Position numbers and translations under genes: made by a program. The notes under the pieces were generated by a model that worked only from the letters and a program-made list of their open reading frames with translations, was not told the origin of the DNA and ran no database searches. From positions 1 to 64,000 of IMG/VR virus record IMGVR_UViG_2582581306_000002: a stretch of DNA of 64,000 nucleotides. One strand, written 5' to 3'. Shown piece by piece: positions 30,178 through 39,100 of the stretch. This stretch comes from a virus. Taxonomy: Duplodnaviria > Caudoviricetes. Numbering within the stretch: the stretch's first letter is position 1; each line of letters begins with the position of its first letter.

Positions 30178-30390
30178 TTATGCGGGACGAACGGCAGGCG
30201 CGACTTCGTCCTGCGGCCACCTCTTGGTCGCTACAACCCAAAGGAAGATGATCGGGACAATGGGAATGAAGGCGAGCAGCGAAAGGGCTGGAGGAATGCC
30301 TGTTCGCTTGAATATTTTCCAAAAAGGAACGACCAAACAAACAGCATAAATACCGACAATCAGAAAATGGTAGACGCTAAAACTTCCCAT
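30178..30390 (-). CDS. Small two-TM membrane protein (moron)
   Basis: PFWKIFKRTG...LLAFIP...LWVVA..RWP. Confidence 0.65.
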   Translation of the reverse strand: MGSFSVYHFLIVGIYAVCLVVPFWKIFKRTGIPPALSLLAFIPIVPIIFLWVVATKRWPQDEVAPAVRPA

Positions 30391-30421
30391 TATGCCCCCT
30401 TAAGTTGAGCGTCATCATGCA

Positions 30422-30631
30422 TCATTTTTCCGGAGTGTCGAGATACCCATGTCCAACCAACCAATCCCGAAGGATTCGCCGAAGTGCTTCTGAACGCTCG
30501 ATCGGAGCATCCGCGTGAGCATCCCCATCGTTCATGTACCTGTCTAACGCGTCGAGCACTCGCCGTTCAACCCGCGATCTGACAAGTTCGCTATCAACTG
30601 GGGGTCTACCCATCTTACTTTCTGTGCTCAT
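30422..30631 (-). CDS. Ribbon-helix-helix regulator
   Basis: MGRPPVDSE.V..R...LDALD...RSEALRRIL.DWL..HGYL. Confidence 0.8.
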   Translation of the reverse strand: MSTESKMGRPPVDSELVRSRVERRVLDALDRYMNDGDAHADAPIERSEALRRILRDWLVGHGYLDTPEK

Positions 30632-30667
30632 TAAGTTTGACAATCCAGAGTATATGAGCATATAAAG
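30618..30667. promoter_or_regulatory. Sigma70 promoter flanked by an inverted-repeat operator
   Basis: CTTTCTGTGCTCAT...ATGAGCATATAAAG; TTGACA-N18-TATAAA. Confidence 0.65.
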
Positions 30668-30740
30668 TAGACGAGCCGAGCTGAGGGTGCAACCTCAATC
30701 TCGGCTCTAACCGAAACGACGATCCTAAGGAGATCCTCGA

Positions 30741-31139
30741 ATGGCTGCGCTTGCCAATAGCACCTCCGTGCCGATTTATGAACCGACACTTTCGGTCGAA
30801 ACGATCGAACATCACAGCGAACTCTACACGCTGATGGAAGCGTTGACGGCGCTGGGCGACTTCGCGGCCTCGCTGACCCATGCACCGCACTTTCGTGACC
30901 CCGCAAGGGGCGGCTACAATCCTGCCGGCGACGTCATGTATGGAACGATGGAGTTCCTTTGCATCCAGTCCACCCGCGTCGTAGAACGTGCCAAGGCCCT
31001 CCCCGCCACAACGCCCAGTGAGATGGCGATGCGTGCCCGGACCATCCTTTACTACGAGCTCCGCTGCGCCCACGATCTCAACGATGTCTCCGAGTTCGCC
31101 AACCTGGCCTTCTCTCTTGTCAGCGCGAGGCCGAACTGA
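30741..31139 (+). CDS. Hypothetical protein
   Basis: AAGGAG SD, operon head. Confidence 0.65.
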   Translation: MAALANSTSVPIYEPTLSVETIEHHSELYTLMEALTALGDFAASLTHAPHFRDPARGGYNPAGDVMYGTMEFLCIQSTRVVERAKALPATTPSEMAMRARTILYYELRCAHDLNDVSEFANLAFSLVSARPN

Positions 31140-31390
31140 TGGGAACCGATACCGACAACGCCCGCCGCAACTTCCTTCTGGCTGCTGCTGGTGTCCCGCT
31201 CATTGTTTCCGCGCCGGCGCCAGCAGTTGCGGCACCGGCCGGCAGCATCGACCTGGTCAACTACCATCTCCGCGAGTTGGTGAAGGCGATCGAGGCTGTG
31301 GACCCGACCGTCAACAGCTGGAAGATTTCGGATTTTACCGCCGGCAGCGATCGTGGCTGCGCGATCGCCCTCGCGGCATGGCGGGAGTGA
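31139..31390 (+). CDS. Small protein with twin-arginine-like signal (paralog A)
   Basis: ARRNFLLAAAG..AVAA; DPT..SW..GCAI. Confidence 0.65.
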   Translation: MGTDTDNARRNFLLAAAGVPLIVSAPAPAVAAPAGSIDLVNYHLRELVKAIEAVDPTVNSWKISDFTAGSDRGCAIALAAWRE

Positions 31391-31395
31391 TAAGC

Positions 31396-31557
31396 ATGGA
31401 GAAGGTCAAACGCATTCTCGACGAACTGAAATATGCGGTGCGGGAGGTTGACCCGACGATCAACGGATGGCTCATCACCCACGATCTTCACCGAAGTGGC
31501 GGAGCAGGTTGTGCGATCGTAATTACTGGTATTCGGGACAGGAAGCATGCCCAATAA
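31396..31557 (+). CDS. Small protein without signal peptide (paralog B)
   Basis: ELKYAVREVDPTINGW..GCAIVI. Confidence 0.5.
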   Translation: MEKVKRILDELKYAVREVDPTINGWLITHDLHRSGGAGCAIVITGIRDRKHAQ

Positions 31558-32356
31558 ATCATGCGCTGTTGAGGGGTGTGGCAAACCGCATAAAGCTAAG
31601 GGTTTATGCAGCACACATTACGTGTATTGGAAAAACCACGGCGTCGCCCAGTATATCCCTGTCGTCGTCATGAAAACCCCCATATCTTGCTCCGTCCCAG
31701 GGTGCGAGCGCCCGAAGGAAGCTCGTGGCTGGTGCAGTATGCACTGGAAGCGCTGGAGAGCGCATGGCGACCCGGTCCAACTCAAATTTGCGCCGGGCGC
31801 GTTGTGCTCCGTGGAAGGTTGCGAAAGATCGTTAAAGGCGCTTGGCTTTTGCCAGTTGCACTATCATCGGACGAGGCGCACGGGTGGTACACAGATCGAA
31901 GGGCCATCATCATCTGACAAACAGGATTTCATCGCCTCGGCGATCGCTCACAGCGGTGACAACTGTCTACCCTGGCCGTTCGCCATTTCACCGGAGGGCT
32001 ACGGAAGGATCAATAACGAATATGTTCACAGAATTGTGTGTGAGGGCGTCGATGGGCCGCCGCCTACACCAGACCACGAAGCCTCTCACTCATGCGGGAA
32101 CGGCCATCTTGCCTGTATCTCCGGCGGTCATCTTCGTTGGGCAACCAGGTTGGAGAACGCCAACGATATGGTCGCGCACGGAACCAGTACCAAAGGTGTG
32201 AAAAATGCGAGAGCGAAACTTACCAATCATCAGGTCAGACAAATTAGATCGCTAGCAACCAGCGGAACCCGACACGAGATTGGCCAGATGTTCGGCGTGT
32301 CCGGAGCCTGTATCACCGCCATCCTCACCGGCCGCACCTGGTCCTGGCTCAAATAG
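31547..32356 (+). CDS. HNH endonuclease with three N-terminal Zn-finger repeats
   Basis: C.V.GC......GxC..H three times; YVHRIVC, ASHSCGNG..C....HLRWAT..EN. Confidence 0.85.
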   Translation: MPNKSCAVEGCGKPHKAKGLCSTHYVYWKNHGVAQYIPVVVMKTPISCSVPGCERPKEARGWCSMHWKRWRAHGDPVQLKFAPGALCSVEGCERSLKALGFCQLHYHRTRRTGGTQIEGPSSSDKQDFIASAIAHSGDNCLPWPFAISPEGYGRINNEYVHRIVCEGVDGPPPTPDHEASHSCGNGHLACISGGHLRWATRLENANDMVAHGTSTKGVKNARAKLTNHQVRQIRSLATSGTRHEIGQMFGVSGACITAILTGRTWSWLK

Positions 32357-32374
32357 CCATCACCACAACCGCAA

Positions 32375-32405
32375 CAAAAAGCCCGCCGGAGCGGGCTTTC
32401 GTTTT
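32375..32405. terminator. Bidirectional intrinsic terminator
   Basis: AAAAAGCCCGC-CGGA-GCGGGCTTTCGTTTT between convergent genes. Confidence 0.8.
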
Positions 32406-33040
32406 CAAGCGGCGACGACACCGCCGCCATCGAATCCTTGTCGGTCCGACTTCTTATCGACCTTGTGATCCACCTTGGCGATGTAGCGCGAGACCTTGGC
32501 CACTGCAGCCATCTCCGCTCGTTCGTCGGTCATGAAGGCGGTGAACTCCTTGAACATCTTCGAGGTCTCCGGCCAGCGCAGTATGAGCGCCACCATGCCT
32601 GATCTCAGGGCGCGATCAATCTCTTCGATCATGTCCGGACGGCTACGGCGCAGAGCATCAAACTCCTTCTTGACGAAGTTTTTGTCACCGCTCTCGCGTT
32701 CGTTGGCCAACGATCCACGGACCAGTTCCTTGACGAAATATTTCGCGACGTCATGGTGGCCGATGGCGCGAGCCAAGGACATGACAAGTAGTTTCATCTC
32801 TTTGGAGACGGCCGGCTCGTTGATGATCTTGTCGTATGCGAGGGAAAACGTCTCGAGGCTGGCGCGCGCGATCTTCAGATCTCGCGCTCGATCCCGGTAT
32901 TTCTGCGCCCGCATTTTGAGGAACGTCGCCGCGATGCTACCGATGGCGATAGCAGTGAGCGCCGAAATGAGGATGTCAGTGTCGAATATCATCATGACAC
33001 CATACTCCGCGAGAGTTAAAATTGTTCCGATCCCGATCAC
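32405..33040 (-). CDS. Membrane-anchored hypothetical protein (moron)
   Basis: N-terminal TM then helical domain; overlaps upstream stop. Confidence 0.65.
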   Translation of the reverse strand: MIGIGTILTLAEYGVMMIFDTDILISALTAIAIGSIAATFLKMRAQKYRDRARDLKIARASLETFSLAYDKIINEPAVSKEMKLLVMSLARAIGHHDVAKYFVKELVRGSLANERESGDKNFVKKEFDALRRSRPDMIEEIDRALRSGMVALILRWPETSKMFKEFTAFMTDERAEMAAVAKVSRYIAKVDHKVDKKSDRQGFDGGGVVAA

Positions 33041-33327
33041 TTTATTCGTCCAACCTTGCTTCGGTCTAACGCGACTTTGGCAGCCAATTCGGCCCGCTTC
33101 GTGTCGAACGCCAGCTGGTTTTGCTTTGCTTCATGTTTGTCGCTTTCCTTTGCCCTGTACAGATAGAGCAGGTAAAGCGCCAGCGGAAACCCGAATGCGT
33201 ACATGTCGGTGGCGCCGGCCGCCTTCGCCGCAACGGAGACCAACCCCAACCCGAATATCAGTAACGCTTCTGCTTTGCCGGAAAGGCCTTTGGCGACTGA
33301 GTTTAAAACGTCCGACAGTTTGTCCAT
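33037..33327 (-). CDS. Two-TM hypothetical protein (moron)
   Basis: Two hydrophobic helices and charged tail. Confidence 0.6.
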   Translation of the reverse strand: MDKLSDVLNSVAKGLSGKAEALLIFGLGLVSVAAKAAGATDMYAFGFPLALYLLYLYRAKESDKHEAKQNQLAFDTKRAELAAKVALDRSKVGRIK

Positions 33328-33605
33328 TATTGCAACCGTTAAAAATGCAACTAGACAACTATTGGATTCCCTTTCTCATGTCACGCCCCGTTAAGGTTGT
33401 TCTTACCATATATCGTGCGTATCAAATAGCATTTCAATGTGACGTTTCGTCAGCCGCATTTCTGCTGACACTAATTGCGCCAGGATTGCGCCGCCATCAT
33501 CCATTTTGATGACTTCCGCATTGTTTCTGCCGCATTTCCGGAACGTTTTCATTCATCTATTGATTCTTGGCTCAAATAACCCCTGCCCTCGATATTTCGA
33601 TGGCC

Positions 33606-34442
33606 TTAGAAATAAGGTCGGGGGGTCCAGACGCCGTCCAGACTTGGGTAATAGACCCCGCCGGTGGACAAGCCTTCAAAGGTGATCTGCAATGGCCCGG
33701 CCGTTCCGAACTGCGCGTAGCAAACGACAGCAACAGCTGCGAGCGCATCCAACAACATTTCCACAGTCGCGCTTTTCAGGCATCCCTCTCGGTCATGTTT
33801 GACGGCGTTGTACGCCTTCCACCAGCTCGGCGTCTTCTTTGCAAAATCAGCGAAAGGCAGACGCTTTTCGATCAATGGAAATTGAGGAATGAAGATCCCG
33901 TACCGCGATAACCCCAGGAAGGGTTCGACCTTCTTGAAGTCTGTAATCGTCAAATTACCTTGCGCTTTGTAGCCATTTTCCTTCAGAGCGCTGGCGAGGT
34001 GACTTTCAACCTCCATCGAACACAGCATCAAAAGCTGGCGGATGCGATCTCCGTAGACCTTTAGGTTGTCCTGGTCTGGATAGATGACCTGAAAGACATC
34101 TTGGGTATCGGAAAAAAGCATGGTGAGGTGTCGCATCGCGTCTGCGCGAGCCGGTGGATTGAGGTCCGGCAGACCACTAGGCTGCGCGTCCCTATACACC
34201 CTCGGATGATATTCTCCCCGATCGAGCCTTTGCACCGTCGTTTCAATTTTACTTGGGCCGTAACCATGGTGAAAATGGAAACCAGAACTCATTTTTTCGA
34301 TCAATTCTTCAACGCTGCTCACGACCAGCGGTGCGAGGTTTTCGTCGGCTTCTGCAAGAGAATAGGCTTTCGTGCCGGTCAAATGCCAATCCGAGCTGTA
34401 TCGACTGCCGCCCGGCGCCGTTTCAGTAATCGTCACAATCAC
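33606..34442 (-). CDS. Hypothetical protein with possible HEPN-like domain
   Basis: IRQLLMLCSMEVE...WWKAYNAVKHDR. Confidence 0.6.
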   Translation of the reverse strand: MIVTITETAPGGSRYSSDWHLTGTKAYSLAEADENLAPLVVSSVEELIEKMSSGFHFHHGYGPSKIETTVQRLDRGEYHPRVYRDAQPSGLPDLNPPARADAMRHLTMLFSDTQDVFQVIYPDQDNLKVYGDRIRQLLMLCSMEVESHLASALKENGYKAQGNLTITDFKKVEPFLGLSRYGIFIPQFPLIEKRLPFADFAKKTPSWWKAYNAVKHDREGCLKSATVEMLLDALAAVAVVCYAQFGTAGPLQITFEGLSTGGVYYPSLDGVWTPRPYF

Positions 34443-34478
34443 GTTCTTCTCCCAATCCTCACAACCGCATCTGGCCCG

Positions 34479-35414
34479 TCATTCTTCGGGCTCGTAATCC
34501 TCGTTGGCTTCAGAGCGCTGATCAGGCAACTCTGTCATCCTGTCGAGGTCGGCCAGGAGACCATGCCCTTCTGGATCAGGAAAAAGCCGGCGAAAATTCC
34601 CTTCGAACTCCGCCCAGTTGTCCGAGACCCGCATCAGCGTGACGATCTGCAGGACGTGATCGCGCAGATCCTGCTGGCCGATATCCTCGCTGAGGAACTG
34701 ATGGTGCTTCCATTTCCGCCGGCCGCTACCCGGCGGGTTCGGAATCGTCGATCTCAGGCTTTCGTTTACGCCAGCCGTCATCTGCTTGAATATCAGCTTG
34801 TCCGTTATGCGGCCGACGGTCGGCAGCACGCTGTCTTCATCCACCCAGTCCAGTCCGCTGAGACGAAAGAGCTGACGATAATATTCGTCTGGCAGGCGGA
34901 GCGCCCAGGCCAACTGGTATTCCGGAAGTTCCGCAGCCAGGTACTCCTTGAGCACGCTGCGGCGCCTCTCATCCTGAAATCCCGTCGCTTCATCGATCAG
35001 CGCGATAAGCCCGACCCGGGCAAAGGATCTGATCAGCCGTTCCGCGAAATGCGCGTATCGGAGTTCTTGTGGTGTCCGAAGGTCCCCCGCTTCACGTGCA
35101 TCAAGAATGGCGGCACACAAATCGCTGAGAACGACGGCCTCGTATCCGGCAGTGGCGCGGGTACCGACACCGGAAAAAAAGATCGGTTTTTCCAAAGCGT
35201 CGGAAAGCTCCTCGGACAGATGCGACTGTAGCGATGGGTGGTTGAGTATCCTGCCGATACCGCTTCCCCGCCCCTTCATACCGATGGCAGCAGTCACACC
35301 TCGGCCAGAAATCACGCGGCGGCCGTCGCCCAGGATAAAGCAGGGCAACTCAATATCACCGACCACCAGCGTGCCGCTATGCGTCGCCACCGTCTCTGTT
35401 TCCCGTCCAATCAT
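34479..35414 (-). CDS. P63C-domain protein
   Basis: ELPCFILGDGRRVIS, FARVGLIALIDEATGFQ, KHHQFLS.DIG. Confidence 0.85.
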   Translation of the reverse strand: MIGRETETVATHSGTLVVGDIELPCFILGDGRRVISGRGVTAAIGMKGRGSGIGRILNHPSLQSHLSEELSDALEKPIFFSGVGTRATAGYEAVVLSDLCAAILDAREAGDLRTPQELRYAHFAERLIRSFARVGLIALIDEATGFQDERRRSVLKEYLAAELPEYQLAWALRLPDEYYRQLFRLSGLDWVDEDSVLPTVGRITDKLIFKQMTAGVNESLRSTIPNPPGSGRRKWKHHQFLSEDIGQQDLRDHVLQIVTLMRVSDNWAEFEGNFRRLFPDPEGHGLLADLDRMTELPDQRSEANEDYEPEE

Positions 35415-35533
35415 CCCGCCTCCAAGTCCTTATCCGCTCATCGCATTCTGGATGGCCATTAAACAAGCATTATTTGGCCATTCTGGTTTACAACCGGTAA
35501 TGCCGATGTTATCAAAAGTCGCAGAGCCGAGTA

Positions 35534-35827
35534 ATGACACAACCTCTGCTCCGAGAAAATCAATGGGGGTGCGGGGTGGCAGGACAGGCACAGAATTCCA
35601 GGCGCATATTTCTGCAAGCAGCCGCCGGTGTGGCGCTCTGTCCTGCCGTCGCAGCGGGCCGTCCGCGCGAGGAGGAACTGACGCCTGCCGAACGCATAGA
35701 ATACCACATCAGCGAATTGATCAAAGCAGCCGAGGAAGCTGATCCCAGCATCACATCCTGGCGGGTTACCGGCCTTGATAGCACTAGCCAACACGGCTGC
35801 GCCATCGTGATCGCGGCGTGGCGATAG
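35534..35827 (+). CDS. Small protein with twin-arginine-like signal (paralog C)
   Basis: SRRIFLQAAAG; YHISELIKA..DPSITSW..GCAIVIAAWR. Confidence 0.6.
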   Translation: MTQPLLRENQWGCGVAGQAQNSRRIFLQAAAGVALCPAVAAGRPREEELTPAERIEYHISELIKAAEEADPSITSWRVTGLDSTSQHGCAIVIAAWR

Positions 35828-35841
35828 TAGTATCGGCGCAA

Positions 35842-36027
35842 TCAGTGCGTTGTGATTGGTTCGCAGACACAGTTGCTTGCGGGGAGACCGCACCGGTTGC
35901 AAGCCAGAGACGGCTTCATATCGATGAACTTTACCAGGACTTCGCGCAGATCGTCGACGGTGGCGGCCTTCAGCGCGTCCTGACGCAGGGCTTTCAGGGT
36001 TTTCAGCGTCTTGTCGTCAGATGCCAT
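35842..36027 (-). CDS. Small helical protein with C-terminal Cys cluster (paralog of 52595-52798)
   Basis: LRQDALKAATVDDLREVLVKFID; CNRC..CVC. Confidence 0.6.
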   Translation of the reverse strand: MASDDKTLKTLKALRQDALKAATVDDLREVLVKFIDMKPSLACNRCGLPASNCVCEPITTH

Positions 36028-36117
36028 CGCGGCGGGCTCCCATGGTTCCATATAGGATATGCCAGCGGTAGCCCTACCGTAAATAGCAGTGTTGCGTTTT
36101 GTGCAACGGACCAATGA

Positions 36118-39100
36118 TCAACGATAGATTGGGTCCGGAAGCTTCTCGCGCAGTGATTTCCCGAGCGCGGGATTTCCGATAAGCACACCATCCTCACGCT
36201 TCGCCGCGTTCCTCGCCCGTGTTTTCAGTGAGCGCTTCAAGGTTTCCGCGGTGATGGCGAGCGGCCCGTTGACCGGCACAGCGTTGAACTTCTTGATATC
36301 GGCGATCGCCTCCTTCCGGGCCTCGTCATCCTTCATCGTAACGGCCATGGCGAACCGATTCATGAGCATCCTGCGCTTGTCGAGGATTGCCTGCTCCGCG
36401 TTCTTCAATGAGATGTTGCGATCCCAAGTCTCCGCGACCTTAGCCGGTGTGAAACCGAGGAATTGAGCGACGAGGTCATGATAGTCGATTTGGTTCGCCG
36501 GCAGGATTTCGTCGCCGCGAGCCGACGTCACACCCTCCTGGGCATAGCGATAGGTTTTCAGGAGATCGCGGATGAACTTGGGCGCGGCGACTTCCAGGCC
36601 GCGCGCTACGTTGCCTTCGTCCTTGATTACCGAGAACCCCTGCCAGAACTGGCCGATCATGCTGACACTGGCGCCGAGCGACTGAAGGGCCCAGTATTCA
36701 TATTCGGATTTGCCCTGGAGATCGCGTGACGGGGAACGGAACCAGAGATCCGGCATGCCGATACGCGATGTCAGATCAATACCGAGATAATGACCAGGCG
36801 CACCGTTGAGAACGATGCCACCGAGCTCGGGACCGAGAATGTCCTGTACGGATTTCCGGAACTGCTGCTCGAAATCCATGGGATCGTCGTCGTCGCCGAA
36901 AATCGCGGAGGCAAGCGCCATCACTAGATTGAAACCGATGGTTCCGGTGACACCGGCGAGCAGCGACATCATGCCGACCACACCGGCCAACTGGTACCGC
37001 GCCTCCTTGCGCACCGCAGCACTCTCGCCCTTCAGCGACTGGTGGATGTCGCGGAAGACACGATACAGATAGTTGATCTGGTACTGACGGAACACCAGCG
37101 CGACCTTGGCAAAATCATTTTGCATGATCGCTGGCCGGCTGGAGTTGGAATAGTCGAAGTGCGTTTTAAGGGTGAGCTCGTGCGCTGCGTCGATCGCGTC
37201 AGGCTCTGTCCTACCGGCGGCGCGCGCCATGCGGTAAGCAGCCAGCGCGGTGACGGACCGATTGACGACTTCTGCCTGCTGAAACGCCCACGAAATCACT
37301 TTCATCGTCTTGGCGCGAATGGAGGTCTGGTTGATGCCGTTCTGTCCGGCACCGGCGAGGTCATAACTCTGGGTACGGTCGATCAGGCCCGATTCGTAGA
37401 ATGCCTCCATGGCGCGTTTTTCATCGTCCGTGGTGCTGGAGCCCATCAGGCGCCCCTTACTGACGACAAAATCCTTGGAGGCGCGGAGCAGTGCCGCACT
37501 CGATTTGGCGACACCACCGTATTTCGCACCGAGGATCGGCACACCGAGCATGACGGTCTGGGTCAGATTGACCATGGCCGCGGCTGGGGAGGCGGCGAGA
37601 TAATAGACGAAGGCAACGGACGTCATCCATTGCGCCCATTCCGATCCTGTCGGGTTCATCACCCAGTCGTGACGTTTGGCGAGTTCGTTGGCCAGTGTCA
37701 TCGCCCGGGTCTGATCGTCAGCTTCCTCTGCCTGGTCCTTCGCCTTATTGGTCAGTTCTTGCAGCTCAAGCCCGTACTTAATTTTCCCCATCTGGTGTGC
37801 GCCGTGGAAGAGCGCATTGGCAAACACGCGCATCGCGTCCTCATGGTAGCCGGCCGTCCCTTTGCGGTGAATAAACCGCTTCCGTGCCGAAAGCTCAGGC
37901 ATACTTTCCAAATATCTTTGCCAGATGGCGTCTTGCAGTTCCGGAGCCGCGCCGGCGTCTCCGAGCAGAGTTTCGATCTCGGCGACAATGCGGGGGTCCA
38001 TTGCCTGGCGGAGCTCGGAGCTGTTTTCGGTGACCCCGACCTTCACCGTACCAGCCGGATAGGCCTTTTGAACTCTGGTGGCGGTCTGATCGCGCTCATG
38101 CGCGGTTTCATGCTTGGAGAAATACAGGGTCTCGCCGTCGACATCACGCACCGCGACGAAGTACCGCCCGAAACGGCCGAGCGGGAAATAGGGCGCCGGA
38201 ACGCGACTGTTCTCGAACGCGATGCGCATCTTCGTCATCCGCGCCTTCATCGTCCACTGCGCCCGGGTTTTCTGCTCTTTATATTGTGTCGCGAGTTCCG
38301 CCTCCTTCGCCTTCCGCGTCTTCGCGGTCAGGTTCTTCTTGTCGAGATCGGCGATATTCTTCTGATAGTCGGCCTCGGCACGGTCGAGCGCGATCTGCTG
38401 GGCTTTGCGGACATTGTCCAGGAGCAACTGATCCAGTTCCTCAGCCTGCTGACGATAGGTGTCACGGACCGTCGAGAAAAGCTCCCGCGCCTTCACCGGC
38501 AGCGCGAGGTACTGTTTGCGCAGGGCGTCATAGCCGGTCTTTGCGATGGTCTCCGCGTCGGTCAGGGACGGATCAACGCCAGCGAGGGTGGCGTCGTGCA
38601 TCAGGCTGGATATCTGTGCCGCGCGGGACTTATCCTTTCCGAGATAGCCGGTGCTGATGACCTTGCGCCACTGTTCTACAACCTCGCCAGCTTTTTCGTG
38701 CTTCTTGCCACGATAAGTGTCGAGGAGGCGTTTGACCCGCAGGTAATCGCCGACGGCCGTCATGTTCGGACGTGCAAGTTCCGGGAAATAATTAAGCGGG
38801 ATGGTTTTGAGCATAGCTGGCTGGATGTCTGTCAGTTTTCCGCTCAACGCCGAGGCGATGGCGCCCGGAGTGGGGATGAGACGGTCGCTGTCCTCGGCGA
38901 TCGAGAACTGTGTTGCCTCGACCTTCGGCTTCGAGACCGGCGTGCGCTGCGCGATCGCGCCCGACTTGGCACGGTCAAAGACGTCCTCTGCGGTCTGGAA
39001 GCCCCTGCCCTGCAAGAAATTCTGCACCTGACGGATAGCCTTCAGGATGCGGTCCCATGCCGCCCGCAACGCGGTGTGCGGCTTGATCGTCGATACGCCG

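Noticed and set aside
32496-35231. Plus-strand ORFs 32496-33509 and 34101-35231
   Set aside because: Antisense to better-supported minus-strand genes
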